From NCBI RefSeq assembly GCF_000018105.1, contig NC_009925.1, positions 3,450,001-3,482,000 of the forward strand: a DNA stretch of 32,000 bases, read 5' to 3'. The number at the start of each line of letters is the position of its first letter. Positions within the stretch are counted from its first letter, which is position 1. Below the pieces are notes generated by a model. That model was not told where the DNA came from. It made no database searches and saw only the letters and a list, made by a program, of their open reading frames with translations. Origin of the DNA: Acaryochloris marina MBIC11017. GTDB taxonomy: Bacteria > Cyanobacteriota > Cyanobacteriia > Thermosynechococcales > Thermosynechococcaceae. The position numbers were made by a program, and so were the translations under genes. Positions 25,540-32,000 of the stretch are shown one piece after another.

Positions 25540-25765
25540 GCGCTGTCCGCTCCGATATTAAGGTTCAATAGGCTCATGTGAGAAATGGCACACTCCAGTA
25601 TTCATAGTTAAGGCAGCGTAAAAAGCTGCGTGGATGCTTTTAGAAGGTTGGGCGAGGTGACTATCACTCTTACCGCTTTCATAGGGGTGATGCGTAGTTG
25701 AATTGAGACTTTATTCTAGTTTTTGGCTATGAATTAGCGCGGTCCTATGAAAGCAGGGTAAACGG

Positions 25766-26821
25766 TTAGGCAGATGCTACAGCAGCGGGTTTTAAGAGTT
25801 GTCGTTCTACCAGTAATTCTGCAATTTGGACAGCATTTAAAGCTGCTCCTTTGCGAATTTGGTCGCCGCTTAACCACAACTCTAGGCCGTTGGCATGGGA
25901 AATATCTTGACGGATGCGGCCCACTAAAACGTCGTCTTGCCCGCTTGCATCGATGGGCATCGGAAAATAATTGGCTTGCCAGTCTTCAACTAACTTAACC
26001 CCTGGAGAATCCTGTAGAATTGTCCGGGCCTTCTCAATTGGAAAAGGTTGGGAAAACTCAAGATTAATAGCTTCTGAATGTGCTCTAAGGACTGGGACGC
26101 GGACACAGGTAACAGATACTCTTAAGTCAGGTGCGTTAAAAATCTTGCGAGTTTCTTGCACCATTTTCATCTCTTCTGTGCAATAACCATTCGCATTCAG
26201 ATCAGAATTGTGCGGAAATAGGTTGAATGCGAGGGGATAAGGAAAGATTTCGGTGGGAGGGGGATCATCGTTCAAGATTGCTTGGGCTTGGACTTTAACT
26301 TCTTCCATAGCCCGCGCGCCAGCGCCACTGGCAGACTGGTAGGTGGCAGCCAGAATTCGTTGTACAGGTTGCAATTGGTGTAAAGGCCAAACCACAACAT
26401 TCATCAGAATAGTAGTGCAATTAGGATTGGCAATAATCCCTTGATGTTGAGTCACCGCATCGGGATTGACTTCAGGCACGATTAAAGGAACCTGAGGATC
26501 CATACGATAGGCGCTGGAATTATCAACAACGACTGCTCCAGCCTTCACTGCCTTGGGTGCCCAAGCTTTAGAAACGCTTCCACCGGCTGAAGCTAGGACT
26601 ATATCAATACCCTGAAAAGCCGCTTCGCTAACCTCTTCAACCTGAATGGTTTCTCCCTTAAATGTAAGGGTTTGCCCAGCTGAGCGAGGAGATGCTAAGA
26701 GTTTGAGGGTGGATAGCGGGAAATTCCGTTCTTCTAGTAGGGTGATGAGCTCTGCACCCACTGCTCCCGTGGCCCCTAATATGGCTACTCTGTATGCTTG
26801 ACCCAAATTCGATTCCTCCAA
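25766..26821 (-). CDS. asd: Aspartate-semialdehyde dehydrogenase
   Basis: RVAILGATGAVG (NADP-binding) and the active-site Cys in IANPNCTTI. The ORF starts at TTG 26821, but an internal TTG at 26806 lies 8 nt after GGAGG and may be the true start. Confidence 0.92.
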   Translation of the reverse strand: MEESNLGQAYRVAILGATGAVGAELITLLEERNFPLSTLKLLASPRSAGQTLTFKGETIQVEEVSEAAFQGIDIVLASAGGSVSKAWAPKAVKAGAVVVDNSSAYRMDPQVPLIVPEVNPDAVTQHQGIIANPNCTTILMNVVVWPLHQLQPVQRILAATYQSASGAGARAMEEVKVQAQAILNDDPPPTEIFPYPLAFNLFPHNSDLNANGYCTEEMKMVQETRKIFNAPDLRVSVTCVRVPVLRAHSEAINLEFSQPFPIEKARTILQDSPGVKLVEDWQANYFPMPIDASGQDDVLVGRIRQDISHANGLELWLSGDQIRKGAALNAVQIAELLVERQLLKPAAVASA

Positions 26822-27340
26822 CGTCTGTAATTAAAGGGCTAAATAAATAATTGGATGTGTAAGTTCAAGATAGTGATCTAAGAAAGTTGATTTTAGAAAG
26901 GTTTGGTTTTTAAGAACGCGAGTTGGGCCGGCCGCTCTGAAGGAATGGATTAAGTCTATTGGAATACTGAAGGGTTACGGTGATGTTGCGCCTTGCTTGA
27001 AGTAACCTTATCACTCCAGTTTAAGGCATCAACCTCCGGTCTTCGAAATTTTTGATGTAATTTATGGCTTGAGGTCAGTCTCTTTAGTCAGAGTCGCTGG
27101 AAGATCGTTGGGGAAAAAGGTGAAGGGCTTCTACTGCACTAGGGTACCCAATTAGCGCTCATTATATCGTTTGCGAGGGAAGGGTTAAGAACATGAACTG
27201 GGGCAAAATTCGCTAATCTAGGTTTAGCTGCATTCACAACTTGAATTAGAATAGCTCTACTAATATCAATCAACCCTGCTTGATTAGTTGCATATTATTA
27301 CTCACACATTATTTTTGGTCCGCTGGGAGAGGGAATCGAT

Positions 27341-28987
27341 TTGTCTAAAACTAAAGAGCTACTAAAGGTAACACAGGAAAAGCTCCCTGGCAGTCAAATC
27401 AGTCTGGAAATAGAAATTTCTCCTGAGCAATCGCGTCAAGCGTATGAGCAAGTAATTATTAAGTTCATGCGATCGGCTAATATTCCTGGTTTTCGTAAAG
27501 GTAAAGTCCCCAAACAGGTTATCCTCCAACGGTTTGGCACAGATCAGTTAAAAGCCTCTGCGTTGGAAGATTTGGTTCAAAAGAATTTTGAAGCTGCGGT
27601 TAAGCAAGAAGAGATTGAAGCCTTAGGTAACGTTCAATTCCGCTCATCTTTTGATGAACTCGCTGCTGAGTTTGAACCCGGTAAGGCGATTGTATTTGCC
27701 GTTAGTGTCGATGTCCCCCCAGAAGTCACCCTTAAGAAGTATCAAGACTTTAAAGTTACGGCTGAAAAGATAGAGTATGAAGCAGCTAAGGTCGATGAAG
27801 TTCTAGAAGAACATCGATCTTCGAATGCAACCTTGGTCCCTGTCGAGGATCGAGCTGCAGCAGCGAATGATGTTACCCTCGTCGATTTTGAAAGCCGATT
27901 CTTACCCAGTGAGTCAGATGCTGATGAAGAAGGTGAGACGCCAGAGGGAGAGTCCGTTCAAGACTTCCAACTGGAACTCGTGAAAGGGAAGTTTATTGAC
28001 GATTTGATCGATGGCATCATCGGTATGCAAATTGGGGAAACCAAGAATATTGCAGTGACACTGCCTCAAGAATATTTCCAAGATGAGTTGGCTGGCCGCT
28101 CTGCTGAATTTACCGTCAGTCTCAAGGATATTAAAGCGAAAGAGCTGCCACCTCTAGATGATGATTTTGCCCAAGATGTTAGCGAATTTTCGACCTTGGC
28201 AGAATTGCGCCAGTTCTTAGAAGAGCAATATCAGCAAGAAGCCCAAGATAGTACGGATGCCAATGTGGAAGCAGCTCTTCTAGAGGCATTGATTGAAGAG
28301 CTAGACGTTGATCTACCTGAAAGCATGATCGACGATGAGCTGAATGTCATGATTCGAGAAACTCTCAGTCGCTTGCAGTCTAATGGTTTAGACATTAATA
28401 AGCTGGTGACCAAAGAGATGCTCGGGGAGATGAAAGAACGCATGCGATCAGATGCAATTCCTCGTTTGAAGCGAACTCTTGCCTTGGCCGAAGTGGCGAA
28501 AGCGGAATCGATCACAGTTGAGGCGGATGCTATTGCAGATCGATGCCAAGAAATTCTAAAGGATCTGCAAGGACAAGATATTGATCGGGATCGCCTAGAA
28601 GCTGTTGTTGAAGATGAGTTGTTACATAAGCAGGTGGTAGCTTGGCTAACCGAACACTCTGAGGTGGAATTGGTTGAGCCAAAACCTGAAGAGGATGCTG
28701 CAGAAGCGGAGGCTAAAGCAGAGGAAGAGGCTACTGCTAAAGAAGTAAAGCCATCTGAAGCTAAGAAATCGGCTAAATCAACCGCGAAAAAAGCATCTAC
28801 AAAAAAAGCGAAGTCGGCTAAAGTAGCTGAGGAAGTGGCTGATGAGACTAAGGAAGAATCAGCTGCCAAGAAAACACCTGCTAAAGCTAAACGGTCAACG
28901 GCAAAAACCACTAAGAAAACATCTACTAAGACGAAAAAAACATCTGCTAAGCCCAAAGCAGATGATTCAGCCACTGATTCTGAATAA
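27341..28987 (+). CDS. tig: Trigger factor with a roughly 100-aa Lys/Ala/Glu-rich C-terminal extension
   Basis: KVTQEKLPGSQISLEIEI, ribosome-binding signature PGFRKGKVP, central PPIase-like region. TTG start preceded by gggagaggga. Lies upstream of clpP-clpX, the conserved order. Confidence 0.92.
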   Translation: MSKTKELLKVTQEKLPGSQISLEIEISPEQSRQAYEQVIIKFMRSANIPGFRKGKVPKQVILQRFGTDQLKASALEDLVQKNFEAAVKQEEIEALGNVQFRSSFDELAAEFEPGKAIVFAVSVDVPPEVTLKKYQDFKVTAEKIEYEAAKVDEVLEEHRSSNATLVPVEDRAAAANDVTLVDFESRFLPSESDADEEGETPEGESVQDFQLELVKGKFIDDLIDGIIGMQIGETKNIAVTLPQEYFQDELAGRSAEFTVSLKDIKAKELPPLDDDFAQDVSEFSTLAELRQFLEEQYQQEAQDSTDANVEAALLEALIEELDVDLPESMIDDELNVMIRETLSRLQSNGLDINKLVTKEMLGEMKERMRSDAIPRLKRTLALAEVAKAESITVEADAIADRCQEILKDLQGQDIDRDRLEAVVEDELLHKQVVAWLTEHSEVELVEPKPEEDAAEAEAKAEEEATAKEVKPSEAKKSAKSTAKKASTKKAKSAKVAEEVADETKEESAAKKTPAKAKRSTAKTTKKTSTKTKKTSAKPKADDSATDSE

Positions 28988-28991
28988 TAGG

Positions 28992-29025
28992 TTGCTAGTC
29001 CGTTTAAGAACGGGAGCAGCTTTTT
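28992..29025 (+). terminator. Rho-independent terminator after tig
   Basis: ttgct[ag]tccgtt-taag-aacggg-agcag forms about 11 bp (including wobbles) with a 2-nt bulge, followed by c+ttttt (29021-25). It starts 5 nt after the stop. Confidence 0.55.
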
Positions 29026-29140
29026 CCAAAGGAGTTAAGGCATAATATAACTGGTTGACAAGGTGAAAGGGTAATCGCCTTAGATCCCTACACCTAGATA
29101 TCGCTAATACTACCCATTGATACGATTAACGTTGAGGTCC

Positions 29141-29857
29141 ATGATCTTGTCTCATTCTTCTGATCACTTCTATCCTGGTCTGTCTGGTGAGTCCAGTCCT
29201 ACCTATATGCCGCCTCGCAATATCGTACCGATGGTTGTTGAACAGTCTGGTCGAGGCGAGCGGGCGTTTGATATATACTCTCGCTTACTCCGTGAGCGAA
29301 TTGTCTTCTTAGGTGGAGGTGGCTCTGCCAATGGGGGCGGCATTGATGATGCTGTTGCGGATGCAATTGTGGCTCAGCTCCTGTTTCTAGAATCAGAAAA
29401 CCCCGAACAGGATATTTACCTTTACATTAATTCACCTGGCGGTTCGATCACGGCAGGAATGGCTATTTACGACACCATTCAGCATATTCGCCCCGATGTT
29501 TGTACCATTTGTTTTGGTTTAGCAGCTAGTATGGGTGCGTTCCTTTTATGTGCAGGTACTGCAGGCAAACGAATGGCATTGCCAAATGCGCGAATTATGA
29601 TCCATCAGCCTTTGGGCGGTGCTCAAGGTCAAGCGGTAGATATTGAAATTCGAGCTAAAGAAATTTTGTACCTCAAAAACAATCTTAATCATCTTATGGC
29701 AGGCCATACAGGGCAGCCGTTTGAGCGGATTGAAGCAGACACCGAGAGAGATTTCTTTATGTCTGCAGAAGAGGCACAAAAATATGGTTTGATTGATCAA
29801 GTCCTCACTAGACAAAATCTTCCTAACCACTCTGAAGCCGTCAGTGAAGTCCACTAA
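29141..29857 (+). CDS. clpP: ATP-dependent Clp protease proteolytic subunit (the clpX-linked paralog)
   Basis: [30 protein letters not shown]. Catalytic Ser (GLAASMGAF), His (IMIHQPLGG) and Asp (DTERDFF). Start is ambiguous: ATG 29141 chosen, with TTG 29117 and ATG 29207 also in frame. Confidence 0.92.
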   Translation: MILSHSSDHFYPGLSGESSPTYMPPRNIVPMVVEQSGRGERAFDIYSRLLRERIVFLGGGGSANGGGIDDAVADAIVAQLLFLESENPEQDIYLYINSPGGSITAGMAIYDTIQHIRPDVCTICFGLAASMGAFLLCAGTAGKRMALPNARIMIHQPLGGAQGQAVDIEIRAKEILYLKNNLNHLMAGHTGQPFERIEADTERDFFMSAEEAQKYGLIDQVLTRQNLPNHSEAVSEVH

Positions 29858-29866
29858 GAGAAAGCC

Positions 29867-31210
29867 ATGTCTAAATATGACTCCCATCTCAAATGTTCAT
29901 TTTGTGGTAAATCTCAAGAACAGGTCCGCAAATTAATTGCTGGGCCGGGGGTCTATATCTGCGATGAATGCGTAGATTTGTGCAATGAAATTCTGGACGA
30001 AGAGCTATTCGATACGGCTAGTAGTATGCCTGCTGCCAGTAGAGCCCCGGTGGCAGAGCGTAAACGGTCTCAATCTGCTCCCTTGTCTCTCAATCAGATT
30101 CCTAAACCACGGGATATCAAGTCATATTTAGATGAACATGTCATCGGACAAGACGAAGCGAAAAAAGTCTTGTCCGTTGCCGTATATAACCATTACAAGC
30201 GTTTGAGTATTAGCCAAGCTTCGGCAGATTCTGTTGCTGAGTTGGATGATGCCATCGAATTACAAAAATCCAACATTTTGCTGATCGGTCCTACAGGATG
30301 TGGCAAAACGTTGCTGGCTCAGACATTGGCTCAAATGCTCGATGTTCCGTTTGCGGTGGCAGATGCCACAACCTTGACAGAGGCTGGCTATGTAGGGGAA
30401 GACGTCGAAAATATTCTATTGCGACTCCTCCAGGTTGCCGATTTGGATGTAGAGGAAGCCCAAAGAGGGATCATCTACATCGATGAAATTGATAAGGTGG
30501 CTCGTAAGAGTGAGAATCCTTCGATTACGCGAGATGTGTCTGGCGAAGGGGTGCAGCAGGCTCTGTTAAAAATGCTGGAAGGGACAGTGGCTAATGTTCC
30601 TCCCCAAGGTGGGCGCAAGCACCCTTACCAAGACTGTATTCAAATCGATACCACTAACATTCTATTTATCTGTGGTGGGGCGTTTGTCGGTCTCGATAAA
30701 ATTATTGAGCAGCGGACGGGCAAAAAAGCCATGGGATTCATCCAAGATGGTGAACTCCGAGCAAAAGAGCAGCGCACTGCCGATATGCTGAGAGATTTGG
30801 AAGCTGAAGATTTAGTCAAATTTGGGATGATTCCTGAATTTACTGGTCGGATTCCGGTGATGTCTGTGATTGATGCTCTGGATGAAGATGTACTCTGTCA
30901 GATTCTGACGGAGCCACGCAATGCTTTGGTGAAGCAATATCAAAAGCTATTGCGGATGGATCGGGTAGAGCTGGAGTTTCAGCCTGATGCGATTCGCGCC
31001 ATTGCTCAGGAAGCCTATCGACGCAGGACGGGAGCCAGGGCTCTGCGGGCTATTGTCGAAGAGATTATGCTGGATGTGATGTATGAGCTACCGTCCCAAT
31101 CTCGTAAAGAGCTGACCCAATGCCTGATTACTCGCTCGATGGTGGAACAGCGGTCGACGGCTGAGTTGTTGGTGCATCCTTCCGCCATCTCGACCCCAGA
31201 ATCTGCATAA
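29867..31210 (+). CDS. clpX: ATP-dependent Clp protease ATP-binding subunit ClpX
   Basis: N-terminal zinc-binding domain CSFCGK...CDEC, Walker A GPTGCGKT, Walker [13 protein letters not shown] (IGF-type) loop. Starts 9 nt after the clpP stop. Confidence 0.95.
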   Translation: MSKYDSHLKCSFCGKSQEQVRKLIAGPGVYICDECVDLCNEILDEELFDTASSMPAASRAPVAERKRSQSAPLSLNQIPKPRDIKSYLDEHVIGQDEAKKVLSVAVYNHYKRLSISQASADSVAELDDAIELQKSNILLIGPTGCGKTLLAQTLAQMLDVPFAVADATTLTEAGYVGEDVENILLRLLQVADLDVEEAQRGIIYIDEIDKVARKSENPSITRDVSGEGVQQALLKMLEGTVANVPPQGGRKHPYQDCIQIDTTNILFICGGAFVGLDKIIEQRTGKKAMGFIQDGELRAKEQRTADMLRDLEAEDLVKFGMIPEFTGRIPVMSVIDALDEDVLCQILTEPRNALVKQYQKLLRMDRVELEFQPDAIRAIAQEAYRRRTGARALRAIVEEIMLDVMYELPSQSRKELTQCLITRSMVEQRSTAELLVHPSAISTPESA

Positions 31211-31234
31211 GTTCGTTTCGGTCACATTTATTTC

Positions 31235-32000
31235 ATGCCTCAGGCTCTCATTCGCGGTCATGATCACTACTATGAATGGGTGACGCAAGACCCTCGTCAG
31301 TTGAGATCTGGAAAGCCTGTGATGGTCTTTCTCCATGGTTGGGGAGGTTCGAGTCGCTATTGGCGACCTATCGCCCAAGCGCTGGCTGCCGATTTTGATT
31401 GTTTACTGTACGATCTCCGTGGGTTTGGGCAATCCCAAGATTCACTGCGGGCGTCTAGAGATGTCGAGACATATACGATTCAATCCTATGTGGAAGATTT
31501 AGAGGTTTTATTGGATGCTTTGGAGATTTCGCAAGTGTTTCTCCAAGCCCATTCCATGGGATCGACGATTGGTGCTTTGTTCCTCAATCAATATCCTCAG
31601 CGAGTTCAGCAAGCGATTCTTGCCTGTAGTGGGTTGTTTGAATATGATGAGGAAGAATTCCGTCAGTTTCATCAGGTGGGTGAGTGGGTGGTGCGATTAC
31701 GGCCTCGTTGGCTGGCCCAGGTGCCCCTCTTAGATCGGCTGTTTATGGCCCGCTTTCTCCATCGGCCCATTGCCGCTGACCAACGCCGAGGGTTTGTGTC
31801 GGACTATGTGGGGGCAGATGCAGTCGCTGCGTTGGGAACCTTATTGTCTGCTGTGAGTGAGTCGGTGGCAACGGCCATGTCTGCAGAATTTGCCCAGCTC
31901 CAAACGCCCACGTTAATTGTGTCGGGGGATAAGGATCAGATTGTTCCAGCGGACTCGGGGGAGGAAGCTGCTGCTTTGAATCCCAATATTGACTATGTGA
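31235..32000 (+). CDS. Alpha/beta-fold hydrolase, 3-prime end outside the window (not in the ORF track)
   Basis: My own translation from ATG 31235 stays open to the window edge: MPQALIRGHDHYYEWV...VMVFLHGWGGSSRYW (oxyanion HG motif)...FLQAHSMGSTIG (GxSxG nucleophile elbow)...TLIVSGDKDQIVP. It has no stop in the window, which is why the ORF list omits it. Confidence 0.8.
   Translation, partial: MPQALIRGHDHYYEWVTQDPRQLRSGKPVMVFLHGWGGSSRYWRPIAQALAADFDCLLYDLRGFGQSQDSLRASRDVETYTIQSYVEDLEVLLDALEISQVFLQAHSMGSTIGALFLNQYPQRVQQAILACSGLFEYDEEEFRQFHQVGEWVVRLRPRWLAQVPLLDRLFMARFLHRPIAADQRRGFVSDYVGADAVAALGTLLSAVSESVATAMSAEFAQLQTPTLIVSGDKDQIVPADSGEEAAALNPNIDYV

Noticed and set aside
25540-25765. Possible lysine riboswitch upstream of dapA
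   Set aside because: I could not find the conserved L-box core elements by eye, and lysine riboswitches are not typical of cyanobacteria. Only the 11-bp inverted repeat is kept as a finding. An Infernal scan would settle it.
27299-27308. ACTCACAC just upstream of tig, reminiscent of the Yfr1 sRNA core motif ACUCCUCACAC
   Set aside because: The motif is incomplete (CCU missing), lacks the two flanking stem-loops, and sits where the tig promoter or 5-prime UTR is expected.
28231-28974. 247-aa minus-strand ORF antisense to the 3-prime end of tig
   Set aside because: It is a low-complexity Ser/Ala/Leu product created by the reverse complement of the repetitive GCTAAA/GAAGAA tail codons. The plus strand has unambiguous trigger-factor homology and continuity.
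29055-29060. Perfect -35 hexamer TTGACA upstream of clpP
   Set aside because: No acceptable -10 hexamer lies 16-19 nt downstream, so I do not call a promoter.
31088-31733. ORFs 31088..31378 (minus) and 31515..31733 (plus)
   Set aside because: Both overlap the open-ended alpha/beta hydrolase frame starting at 31235, which has HG and GxSxG motifs. These alternative frames have no features.
1-32000. Search for tRNA, rRNA, tmRNA, RNase P or SRP RNA signatures, CRISPR repeats, transposases, integrases or phage genes
   Set aside because: None was seen. There are no T-loop GTTCGAATC-type motifs, no regularly spaced direct repeats, and no ORF with DDE or tyrosine-recombinase motifs. The window appears to be stable core chromosome.

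Overview
This window looks like core cyanobacterial chromosome. It has 10 perfect copies of the HIP1 octamer GCGATCGC, against about 0.5 expected for any 8-mer in 32 kb. It also carries cyanobacteria- or plastid-lineage families (COP23, DUF2808, Ycf36/CGLD27). I call about 31 tightly packed protein-coding genes and see no rRNA, tRNA, CRISPR array, transposase or integrase. Recognisable housekeeping blocks are rpsB-tsf, rsmE, glmM, mrdA (PBP2), hflX, asd-dapA-rnj and tig-clpP-clpX. Between them lie a di-haem DUF1111 oxidoreductase (truncated at the left edge), a Crp-family regulator, a secreted trypsin-like protease, COP23, a Zn-dependent dehydrogenase, an SH3b-repeat protein, an asparaginase-II family protein, an HMA metallochaperone, a DUF938 methyltransferase, DUF2808 and a PlsC-type acyltransferase. 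An alpha/beta hydrolase runs off the right edge; it is absent from the ORF track because it has no stop codon in the window. Most of the window is ordinary, and I found no convincing multi-gene novel system. The best candidate locus is 10.4-12.7 kb. It holds an uncharacterised 354-aa protein overlapping rsmE, then a stand-alone 203-aa paralog of the GyrB N-terminal ATPase domain whose catalytic residues are replaced (a predicted pseudo-ATPase). A lower-GC gene for a double zinc-ribbon protein converges on it. Other items worth a second look: a pseudoknot-capable structured leader abutting the rpsB Shine-Dalgarno; strongly charged low-complexity C-terminal tails on S2, EF-Ts and trigger factor; a Gly-rich insertion in ClpP; a 54-codon ORF with a good SD that the ORF track misses; and a long-range 11-bp inverted repeat in the asd-dapA spacer. 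All family assignments come from motif recognition by eye, not database searches.
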